From positions 114,824,001-114,888,000 of the forward strand of contig OX597821.1 in the NCBI GenBank assembly GCA_951406725.2: DNA of 64,000 nt, given 5' to 3'. Shown piece by piece: positions 12,601-24,598 of the stretch. The position numbers were made by a program, and so were the translations under genes. The DNA comes from Octopus vulgaris. Lineage: Eukaryota. How positions within the stretch are numbered: the first letter of the stretch is position 1; every line of letters begins with the position of its first letter. The notes beneath the pieces are model-generated. The model saw only the letters and a program-made list of their open reading frames with translations. It had not been told where the DNA came from and did no database searches.

Positions 12601-13275
12601 ATATCATACTCAAAGTAGATCAATTAGTGAAACTCTTTTAAACTGCAGTATTTGTCTCGAGAAAATATCTTTTATAGACATATAGTGTTAAAAAACACAG
12701 AAATATAGCAGCAACAGAGAAAAACTGTCCAGCAGCCATGATGCTATTGCTAAATACAGATTTTTGCCGCTCTGAGCTTCGTCACTAGCAAGTATCCACT
12801 AGTAACTGCATGCTAAGAAGAATATTCTTCAGGCGCAGGAATGGTGGTGTGAGAAGTTTGCTTCTCAACCACATGGTTCCAGGTTCATTCTCACTGTGTG
12901 GTAGCTTGGGCAAGTGTCTCCTGTTATAGTCTCAGGCTGACCAAATTCTTGGGAGTGGATTTAGTAGACAGAAACTAAAAGTAGCCTGTTGTGTGTATGT
13001 GTGTGTGTTTATGTCCCTGTAACTTAGCTGTAAGAGAAATTGATAGAATAAGCACCACATTTAAAAAGAAAATTAAGTATTGGGGATCAATCTGTTCAAC
13101 TAAAATTCCTCAAGGCAGTGCCCCAGCATGGCCAGTTTCATAACTAAAACTAGTAAAAGATTACAGCAATAATGTCATACAAACAATGCTCAGGTCATAA
13201 ATGATTATTTCCAGCTAATCCCTTTAATCCATAAGCCAATAATCCTTTTTATTATTTTTAGTGTTAAACATAAGA

Positions 13276-13365
13276 GAACCCATACAAGAGCAACCGATCT
13301 GAGAATGGGACATCTTATCACTCTGTGATTCTTCCTGGTCTTGTTGCTGCTGCTGCTGCTGCTGT
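13276..13365 (-). pseudogene. Decayed partial duplicate of coding exon 3 within the intron
   Basis: Aligns to ~4704-4800 (QQQQDQE.S..D..SHSQIG..APVWV region) with substitutions and a 5-bp deletion. Confidence 0.85.
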
Positions 13366-16300
13366 TCCTGAATTTCCTGCAGTTAATAGAGGAAATGTGA
13401 CCAAATTTTTTACACAGAGAGAAGTCAGAGATAGCGGAACATGTTCTGAATAGCGGAGTAGTTGGAAGGCATTCAAGAACCCCCTGTCTCTGCTAATGAC
13501 AAAATAATTGCATCAGGAGCAAAAATATGTGTTAGATTAAAATCAAATTAGCTGGATGACAATGAACAATGGGGGGGGAGGTCTGGATAATAAAAATACA
13601 GGATATTGATTGTGGTTGGGGTATCTGAGGAAGAAAGGAACTAAAGTTACCAACAGCCACAGAAGTATGATGTACTTTTATATTTAACATTACCAAAAAA
13701 TGTTTTTAATACGTACAGACATGAATATATACATATTCATGGCTTTTACACATACTCACAAATATATACATGCAGCTCTAATATTTATACACACACACAC
13801 ACACATATAGATTATCATCATCTTTTGAAGGTCGTCATCCCTGCTGGCTTGGGTTGGATGGTTTGACAGGAATGATCAAACCAGAGGACTGAACAGAGCA
13901 ACAAAGTCTGCTTTGGCAGGTTTCCACAGCTCTAAGCCCTTCCAGAGTGTACTGGGTGCTTTTCACAAGGTACCAAGACTAGCAAGGGCACCAAGTAACT
14001 CACCAAACAAGGCCCCTTGACTGAATGGAGGTGTAATATTAAGGGAAGAGGCTTTATGTCCAGTGTTGAGAGGTTAAAATGTGAGAGAGGGACAGGAACA
14101 GGTGTCTTACTGCAGACGAGACACATGACAACTCCAGCTGGAATGAGAGAAAAGAGCCGGGAGTGATGAGGTGTCAGGTCATAGCTTTGGGGCAGGAGAA
14201 GGTGAATGTAAGAGAGAATGAAGAGGATTGGGTGGAAAGGCCAGTTTGTGAGATATTCACACACACACACACACACACACACATCTCACTAATCAATCAG
14301 ACATGACAAAGTGTCACACCCAAAGTCAACTGCTGCAAGGGCAAAAGAGATGCAAAGAAAAGAAAACAACTACGGAACCACTGAGTTGTTGAACCAGTTT
14401 AAGGAAGTTACCATGTCCATGCCAAGACTAAGACATCTTCTCTAGGTTGTCTCTGTCCATTCATCACAGTATCACAGCACTGACCAGACTATCAGATGTT
14501 GTATATCACTGGTCACAATGCATTTCACATTGTTTTAGTTTTGGAATGACACCACCCCACTGGCTAGGCATGCAGGCCAACACTCCCCTTCATTGGAAGA
14601 CCAGTCTGTCACGGGGTACACCCATTTACTGCTGAGTGAATTAGAGCAATGGAAAATGAAGTGTTTTGTTTAAGAACATAACACCACCTGCTCTAACCAC
14701 TAGGCCATGCTGTTTCTACATACATCATCATCATCATCGTTTAACGTTCACTTTCCATACTGGCATGGGTTGGGGTTAGGGTTTGACTGAGGACTGGCAA
14801 GCCAGGAGGCTGCACCAGGCTCCAATCTGCTTTGGCAAAGTTTCTACAGTTGGATGCCTTTCCTAATGCCAACCACTCCGAGAGTGTAGCAGGTGCTTTT
14901 TATAAGCCACCGGCATGGGTGCCAGTTAGGTGGCAGACATCGGTCATGCTCAAATGATGCTTGAAAATAAAATGATGAGAACAAACAGCACATTAGCAAG
15001 GGAGACCCATACCCTTGTTCTAACATCACCTCTGGGGTTTGTCTTCTTTTAATTTTCTTTTTATATTATGATCAATAGGTGTCATCTGTTACAAGAGCTG
15101 TGAATATGTGGACATTTAGCAGTATGTTGCTGAGGAGCTGGAAAGCAGCAAGGAAACTTGGTTATTAGAAAGGTTGTGGGATTAAAAAGTGTGCATCCCA
15201 GCCACGTCAATTCATGTTCATTCCCACCTTGTGACACTGTGGGCATCATTTTCTAGATGCCCTGAACTGATCCAAACATTGCCAGAAGATTTGATAGATG
15301 TAGCCATTAAAGCATGATGACAACAAAGAAGCTGACCGTAGCTGTTGTCATCAGTTAATTTACAGTTTCATTTTTATTTTCACATTATTTTTCACTTTTA
15401 TTGAAAGGAGAATCCTGTAAACTGTGATGCTCCAACTAAAGGGCAAATCCAAATTAAATCATTTGTTTAGAATAGAACAACCAGAGGAGGTGACGACACA
15501 CAGACTGGATTTTGGTGTCTTTTGAAACCTCTTTTGACTTGTTTGCAATCACCCAGAGAGATTCCTCTATTTTGATTGATTTTTTTTTCTTAGCTTAGAT
15601 ACACTTATTGAACACATGGGAATAATCACAAAAACCTGTTTATGAACTAATTATATCTAATCAATAAAACTGACACCAAAAATTCAAAATGTTTCACAAT
15701 ATCCATCATTTAAATATCTGGAAAGTCCAGAAGAAGGAAATATTTACAATTGAATTCATTCTTAGATAATAATAATAATAATAATAATAATGATGATGAT
15801 GATGATGTTTTTCTTGTGAGTGCAACAACAGATGAATGATAGTGGCAAATATTATGTAAACAGTGAGGGGGGCTGACAGGTGCTCTTTTTAGCAGTATCC
15901 ATAGTCAATGCTGTGAAATGACCTGATCTGGGTCTGGTTTAAGGTTGAGTTTATGGATGGGTTTATGGATAGGGTTAGAATGCATGCTAAAGTGTAAATG
16001 GCCAGGTAGACTGTATGCTTAAATGGCACTCATTGACAGAACCCATTGTTCCCTTAGAGAAGAGTTGTAATAAGATAAATATGATACACAGTATCATTGT
16101 CATCATCAGCCCCTGAATATTACTGTCTCAAGCCCTAGGATTCATGGGGTCAGTTACCTGGTTTACATGGTGATACACAGGACATATTTCCTGGGCATCC
16201 ATTCCTCATATATGATACACATTACCAACTTTTTTTTTCTTTCAACCACCAGATTGAAAACTTGAAAGTTTTCAAAGGAAAGCTTTATATTTTAACCCAA

Positions 16301-17725
16301 AACATATGAATCAGGGGCCAACTAAAAGTCTGAAAACAAGCATGGATGTTTAGGTAAAGGGGTTAATACCTGTGGTTTCTAAATGAAAGAAGAATTAAAA
16401 GTCAAAACAGCATGACAAACAGCAGGGCCTCAGACTGACATTATTAAACTGTGTGCCAGTTTTATTAACTAAATACAATGTAGAATCTAAAACAACAGAA
16501 GAAATTGAACTCAGAATGTAAAGACAGACGAAACGCCGGTAAGCATTTTGTCTGGGACGCCAATGATTCTGTCAGTTCACTGCTTTGCTATATAACCTAA
16601 TATTAAAACAATTCTCCTTATATCAAGTTTTCTAGGAGAACCAAAGATGGAAACCAAACCCATCAAAACTCAGATATTCTACATTGAACTGAAACAAGAG
16701 ATATTCTATTGTGTCTTTGACACAGGAAGCAAATAGGGCATCAGAAAAATGGAATTTATGAAAAATGTTAGTAAAATGATTTGGGGAAGCAAAGAGACAT
16801 GATAAACTCCATCCATCAATGACATTTGATCCAAGATAAAAAGAACATAAGCTTAGCCCTTGTTAAAACTTATTGCTTTGGGTTATTCTTCCTGTCATAC
16901 GGCATTCACCAGTAGTAGTAGTAGTAGTAGCAGCAGCAGAGTTTATCTCTGACATCTCATAAAACTGAAATTACCAAGAGACATTCTTAATATTCATCAG
17001 TTTAATTGAAGGTCATTTCTCGAAGAGTCGTTAATGATCTGTTTCATTAAGTTATGACTCTGTCCATTCTCATTCAATCAAGTGTCTCCTGACTAGTGAA
17101 GCCTTAACAACAACAACAACAACAGTCTCTTTAAATATTTCTCAAGAATGAAATTAAAAGACAACTTAAAATCTAAAACTGTCCCTGTCAAAAACACTTC
17201 ATGTCAGTTTTGAACAGGTCAACAACCTCCAGAACACTAAAGCAGCGTTTCCCATTGAGGATTGAAAATGGTGGGGGTGGAGGGGAAGTTACTGTGTTTA
17301 ACAAGATTCAGATAATTACCAACTATTCCAACCCTTTTGTTACCATATTTCTGTTCAAATACATTTACATTAATTAATGTTAAAAATAATGAAGAGTTTA
17401 GTAAAAATAACTTTGTTATTACTAAACTGTGGTGTTTAAAGGCTGAAAGCTGGCAGAATTGTTAGCAGACAAAAAGCTTAGTGACATTTTGCCCAGCTTT
17501 ATATATTCTGAGTCCAAATTCCACCAAGGTCGACTCTGCTTTTCATCCTTTTAAGGTTAATAACATAAGTACCAGTTGAATGCTTGGGTTGATGTTATCA
17601 ACTCACCCCCTGCCCACTCCTCTGAAATTGCTGGCATTGTGCCCACAATTTGAAACTATAATTAATGTGGTGTTAGAAACATAAACCAAATGAAATTTTG
17701 GTGGAAGGTTTTAAGATCACTTTAA

Positions 17726-17918
17726 CCCTTTTGCTACCATATTTCTGTTAAATTTACTGCTTTTGCTTCAATTAATTTTGAAAGTCATAATTACACCAAT
17801 ATTTGGAACATAGATTAACATGAAACTTTGATTTTGAAGTTTTAATTTAAATCATTTTAAAGCAGTAAGTGTGTATGATAGGACCAAGGGTGGTCTCAGG
17901 GGGTGGCTATTGAAAGGG
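17726..17918. mobile_element. TTAA-flanked MITE
   Basis: TTAA|CCCTTT...AAAGGG|TTAA; related decayed copies near 17330, 27150-27340 and 35650-35905. Confidence 0.65.
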
Positions 17919-18969
17919 TTAAAACCTATCTGACATTACGAAGGCAATGACATAAGAATTGCATGGAGGTCAATGAATTTCTCTTCTTGGTAATTAAAAA
18001 AAGAAGGGATCTCTTAGTTTTTACTTATTTCAGTCATCAGACTGTGACCTTTCTGGAGCACTATCTTGAAGAATCTTAGTCAAATGAATCGACCCCAGGG
18101 CCTAATTTTCTTAAGTTTGGTGATTTTTCTATCACTCTCTTTTGCCAAACCACCAAGTTGTGAGGATGTAAACACACCAACACCAAATGTCAAGAGTTGG
18201 TAGGAGACCAACACTGACACACACACACACACACACACATGTATATAGGTATGGTGATGCAGACAGGAAAAACATAGCTCAAAATATGAGTATATGTATA
18301 TTTTTATTAATATTCAGCGTAAGTAACAGTGACCCAAGATCCGAGAGTTTCGTACGTTGATACTTATCAAAAGTGCCAACAACGACACTGCTTGTACAAT
18401 GACAAGTCAACCTGGGTCAAAAGTAGAAAATAAATTGCCCAAGGTACTGCGCAATGGGACTGAACACAAAATCATGTGGTTGAGAAGCAAGTTAAACTTG
18501 AGTAGCATCACAACAGCAATGAGACTTAACAATAGAGAAGACACTGACTGATGTCCAACTTAAGTAACACATTGAACTGTGGCAGAATGTGTGACTACAG
18601 TCTGTAACTTTAGTCTGTAAAATGTAGGGCAGGTACTTGACATGAAATGAATTTAGATTTAATTATTTAACATGAAGGAAGTAGAAGAAAGAAATAGAAT
18701 CAACAATGGGACAATGACAACAATATTATTATTATCATTGATGTGAGTCATTCCATGTAAGGAAAGTGGACAGTGATGCAGTCTTGCTTTGATAAGGTTG
18801 ACCAGTAAATTACAGGCGTCAATCAGCAATGGGGAACAGCTACCTCTATGTTGGTTGTGACTTTAAGAAAATTAGATGTAGAGGATATAAGGATGAAAAA
18901 AAAAACTTGAGGCAAGAACAATGAACCAGGTAAAGGAAAGACCAGATACGTTAAACAATGTGAAGATTT

Positions 18970-19017
<48 letters not shown>

Positions 19018-19174
19018 AGTGAAAAAAGAAAAAATGTAGCACTCAATACATTTGTTAGTAGCTACATATATATTTAATAATAGTCTGACTTAAAGATTAG
19101 TAGGCGTGTAGGAAACGTCCATCACATCAGATGCTTCTATATATTTACATGTGTGTGTGTGAGTGTGAGTATAT

Positions 19175-19205
<31 letters not shown>

Positions 19206-19250
19206 AAAACAGTACTGGGAGAATAGAAACGGAACAAATCGAATCAATCG

Positions 19251-19332
<82 letters not shown>

Positions 19333-19427
19333 CAAAATTATTTTATTCCACATGGGTAGAAATATAGGAAAAATAGAAGTTGAAAATGTACTGAGAATAG
19401 TTAAAATATCTTTTATTATTATTATAT

Positions 19428-19478
19428 TTAAAGCTTTAACCGGTTTCACAGTTTACACTGATTTTCAAAAAGTTCAAA
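19428..19478 (-). ncRNA. Hammerhead motif, U3-A8 core variant
   Basis: Minus: tttgaacttt TTGAAAA t-cagt-gtaa-actg-t GAAAC cg GTT aaagctttaaa. 4-bp stem II with GNRA loop; palindromic AACCGGTT stem III. Confidence 0.7.
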
Positions 19479-19972
19479 GAGAAAGACATGGCTTATGTTG
19501 CAGCTGTCGTGCTCCTGACTGGTGTTTGAAGTTTGCCCTGTTTTTATAGGGAGTTCATGGCTCAAATTAGTATATGTTTTGAACATATGCTAATTGGTAG
19601 AAGATAGTCACATGACTGGTCTTAACATTTTTTGTGTGTTAGCATCAAGAGAGGTTTGGTGTTGTAAGTTAAGGCTGACACAGTTGACTGAACATGTCTA
19701 GTGACAGTGCCAAACAATCAATGCTCTGAATGTTTTCTGTCAAGTGTTTGTAGAGAATGAACATGGGATTCAAGTTTAGAACCTTTTGCAGGTTTCCTGC
19801 TATGCCCATGTGTTAGTATTACATGACAGTATATTTTGCACCTAAAATGGAGGCCGACACAGTTGAAAGAACATGTTTAGTTTCAATCGAGGCACTCTAA
19901 ATGTAATCTGCCAGGTGGGTTAGGGTTATTATTATTATTATTATTAATTAAATTTAATTATTAATATCCCAG

Positions 19973-20310
19973 CGCCGCCCCGACTGGCCTCTGTGCCGGT
20001 GGCACGTAAAGAGCACCATCTGATCGTGGCCGTCGCCAGCCTCGCCTGGCCCCTGTGCCGGTGGCACGTAAAAAGCACCATCTGTCCATGGCCGTTTGCC
20101 AGCCCCGTCTGGCACCTGTGCAGGTGGCACGTAAAAAGCACCCACTACACTCATGGAGTGGTTGGCGTTAGGAAGGGCATCCAGCCGTAGAAACACTGCC
20201 AGATCAGACTGGGCCTGGTGCAGCCTTCTGGCTTCCCAGACCCCAGTTGAACCGTCCAACCCATGCTAGCATGGAAAGCGGATGCTAAATGATGATGATG
20301 ATGATGATGA
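19973..20310 (+). mobile_element. Interspersed repeat family D with internal tandem units and (GAT)n tail
   Basis: Three units of gtgccggtggcacgtaaaaagcacc, then ...ggaagggcatccagc.gtagaaac...gatgatgat; copies at 566-860, 14725-14940, 22010-22225, 43845-44115, 45195-45570 and 48355-48540. Confidence 0.8.
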
Positions 20311-21220
20311 TTATTACATTTAATTATTATTATTATTACATTTAATTATTATTATTATTATAATATTTAATTATTATTATTATTATAATATTTAATGGAA
20401 AAACGGACGCTAAACGATGATGATGATTAATTATTATTATTATTATTATTATTATTATAATTATTATGGCAAGCTAACAGAATTGTTTATACGCTGAGCA
20501 AAATGCATTGTGGCATTTCGTTTGGTTTTATGTTCTGAGTTCAAATTCCGCAAAGGTCGACTTTGCCTTTCGTTGTTTTGGGGTGGGTAAAATAAGTCCC
20601 AGTTGCATACTGGGGTGGATATAATTGACTAACCCCCTCACTCAAATTTCAGGTCTTGTGCCAAAAAACAGAAACAAGTGTTGTTGTTGTTAGTTTTCTT
20701 TTTATTCCATTCGTTTTTGTATTCATTTCAAGAACAACTTGTGTTCAGAGGGAAAACCCCTTCCAGCAAACCAGGAAACTCCTAAATCCAGTCGTTCTGT
20801 ATCTACCCTGTAACCCTCTGTTACAGTGAATGAAGTAAGGGAGATTTCCCCAACAAAAATTAATCTGCTTCAGGTTAGCAGGTTTAATTACAGCACAGAT
20901 ATTAAACCAGAGAGCTAAACTTTCTCCCCAGTAACCATGCCAACAATAACAGATGAGGATAAAGGAGAAACCCCCAAATAAAAATACTTCCAACCATAAG
21001 AGTAAATATGGAATGAAGCCAGTGGAAACACAACCACCTAAATTGACAATGCTCAACCAGATTGGCAACTTTTCAGTAAACAGTACCATTTTTTTTTTTT
21101 GGTTCTTTGTTCATTAAATCATAGATGTATATACAATTTTTTTGTTGTTTTTTTTTATAATACACTAAAGGCTATTTCTTCCTACTCGTAAAAAACAAGT
21201 ATTAAGTTACAATATAATAA

Positions 21221-21251
<31 letters not shown>

Positions 21252-21626
21252 TTCACTGTTATCAAATGAGATTCTATCAAGTTTAACAAGAATAAACGAT
21301 GGAAAGTAGTTTCCCACCTTTTTGGTTTTTTTTTTTTTGGAATAAAGTTTGCACAAATGAAAAAATTTTGTATACATATATTAAAACTCCACCGCTACAT
21401 GGGTTGGAAAATACATTCTATGGCTGGATGCCCTTCTTGTTAGCAATTCTCATCCATTTCAAAGAAAGGTATTTCCCCATGGCTTGTTTTTGCAAAATAT
21501 AGGAAACAAATTGCACGCAATGTCAAGGCAAGGAGACACAAACATACACACACACACATATGCATGCATACGTACACACATGCACACACACATCATATGT
21601 ATGTGTGTGTGTATATATATATATAA

Positions 21627-21960
21627 TCCAGTGTTTTAGATCTGGGTTTTGTCCTCGTTAACAAGGGTGGCTGGATCTACCTCAATGCTATAGAAACCGA
21701 GGTAGGCAGGTGCAGCCCACCCCAATCTTTGAGCTGGCTGGTACCCGTTCTCCTTTGCTATCATGAGTCATGAGGCCCTCTTGGAGGTGGATTTTCTACA
21801 GGGAGCATGCCTTTGCTTACCCACAACCTCAGTTTCTAGACATGAGTGGCCCCTAGACCAAGGCCTCTACTACAGTTTTTAAGAAATGTGGTGTGAAACT
21901 AGCTCAGGAGGGCAGGGACGCTACTTCCTGGGACCCCTTTCGGAGATCCCCCCCCACACT
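21627..21960 (-). mobile_element. Short element sharing its 3' end with the RTE fragment at 57.8 kb
   Basis: atctgggttttgtcc.c.ttaac...gtggct.gatctacctcaatgc.atag is shared with 57817-57870; no ORF. Confidence 0.55.
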
Positions 21961-24598
21961 ACTTATACACATATATATATATCCACTATCCGAATGTGAT
22001 CCATGCCAGGCCTGCCTGACTGGACCCTGTGCTGGTGGCATGTAAAATGCACCCTCTACACTCTCAGAATGGTTGGAGTTAGGATGGGCATCCAGCTGTA
22101 GAAACATTGCCAGATCAGATTGGAGCCTGGTGCAGCCGCTGGCTCTCCAGACCTCAGTCAAACTGCTAAACCCATACCAGCATGGAAAAAAGACGTTAAA
22201 CAATGATGATGATGATGATGATGATATATAAGTAACAAGCTCAACCAATTTATATCAGTATATTTTATGGTAACAACAATGAAATTATATGGAAATCATT
22301 AGCATCATCATTTCACATTCAGCTTCCATGCTGGCATGTGTTGGATGGTTTGAGATAGTCCAATGGGCCCAAGGACTGCTTCATGCTCCACAGTTTAGTT
22401 TGACACAATTTCTACAGCTGGATATCCTTCCTAACACCAACCACTTTACTTGGTGCTTTTATTGTGCCACTAGCACCAGTGATGTCACCATGCAACCTGC
22501 AAGACTACAAACCCTGAGAGGCAGTTCCATGCTAGGTTATGAGAGTTAAAAGAATGGGAAAAGGGGCCAGAGTGGAGCAGGTTTCTTGCTGTAGAAGAGC
22601 TACATGACTACTCACATTTTAGAGGAGTGGTAGGGAGAAGATTGGTAAATATTTGACAGAAATTTCTCAATCTGTTTTCCTTTTCATAAAGAGTTGGTAA
22701 AAATTATTGACTATTCAGTTATAAAACCTAATATTCAATGTGGAGTGGAAGAAAATGACCAAGTTACTCACTACCTTCATCTTAGCCCGTCTCATACACC
22801 AATCTCTCCAACTTCATGTCACCTTACAGTCTCTTACTACCTATATCCTAATTTAAACTATATAGCCCAATCCTTACTCACCAGAATTCTCTCCAAACAT
22901 ATTTTTTATAGACATCAACTTCAAGCAGAAATATTGATCCACCCTCAATGGTATAGCACACCTCTGCCCCTCCTGACTAAGCTATAGATTAAAAAGAATC
23001 GATTATCTTCCAAAATAAAGGGTCATAGGTTAATGTCTTCCCAGGTTACAACAAGCAGACAATTATTCCTAAAAGCCCCATCTTATCTGGTTCTCAAAGA
23101 AAAGTCATGTGCATTATAGGTGCATCCATGGCTGTGTGGTTAAGAAGCTTGTTTTAGCAACCATGTGGCTTTGGGTTCAGTCCCACTGTGCAGCACCTTG
23201 AGCAAGTGCCTTCTATTATAGTTCCAGGCCAACCAATGCCATATGAGTGAATTTATTAGACAGAAACTATACAGGAAGCCAGTAATAAATATGTTGCATG
23301 GGAGGAGGGGGGGCATGTGTTTGGTTCCCCCTTTCCACCGCTTGACAACCAGTGCTGGTTTGTTTACTTCTCCATAACTTAATGATTCAGTAGAAGTGAG
23401 TGAGAGAATAAGTGCTACACCTGAAAAGAAAAATAAACCCTGGAGTTGAATTGTTTAACTAAAAACCCTTCAAGCTGATGCCCCAGTATGGCCACAGATA
23501 AATGAGTGGACCAAATTAAAGAAGATTAGTTTAGCATATTATCAGAGGCAAAGTTTTCCCCTTATCCACTTAACTCTATCTAAACTAGGCCTGATAGCTA
23601 GTGCTACAGCTCTCTATCAAGACTGATTAGTTAATTAAATATTTCGCTGGTTAAGTATTTATTTAATTGTGCAAACTGTCATAAGAGTAACCAGACAAAC
23701 TAGGTATGACTCATAAAACCAAACTAACCAGAGATATTAAACAGAGTAGATGGTACGTTAGTGTAGAAAGTTAAAGAGTCATAGCTGTATAGCCAGATTA
23801 ATGACAAATTAATGGTACTGTGGAAGAACAATGGCCTTCGAACTAACAATCAAGCCTGACTTTCCAGAGTTAATTAAAAAAGAATTTATAGTAAGTAGTT
23901 CCTGATACAATCAACATATGAAAGTTAACACTGTACTCAGAAAACACTCTCCGGAATTAGTTTTAAAACAAAATGAATTAAATTCAGGTTTGGTTGAATG
24001 GTTAAGTGGTTTGCTTCAACACCACAAGGTTTTAGTTTCAATTCTACTGCACAGCATTTTCAGCAAGTATCTTCTACTATAGCCCAAGGCCAATTAATTC
24101 CTGGTGAATAGATCTAGTAAATGGAAACTGTACTGAAGCCACCTATCATGTGTGAGTAGTTTTTACATGAACTTTGTCTTATTTTCTGAAGATAACATAC
24201 ATCTTTAGAAATTGTGAGAGTGTGAAAGGAGTGTGGAAGCTGATTAGAGATGAGGACAGAGGTGGATACAAGGAATGAAGGCATGGTCAATGGTGAAAGT
24301 CAGTTTATGGAGGGCTGAGGTGAAGGAATAATAAATTATATATTTAGGAAGTTCAACACCAATTTCATTCAGTTTTAAGTTTAAAACTGGGCAAAAAAAA
24401 GTACTGTGTATGAACATAAAAATAAATTCAATGGAGACATACACATAAAAATATATTATTTGAACCCCAAAAAATTGATAGGAATTGCTTCAATTTAAAA
24501 CCAACAGGGTGAGCAGTCAGTTTCTGGCTAGAAAAAGAAGTTGGATTGCAAGTGAAGCATAGAACAGACTTACAGAGAATCGTATAAAATGAACTAAC

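Noticed and set aside
20745-21089. 114-aa minus-strand ORF as an extra exon
   Set aside because: No recognisable domain or clear splice pair; exons 2 and 3 already join in phase.
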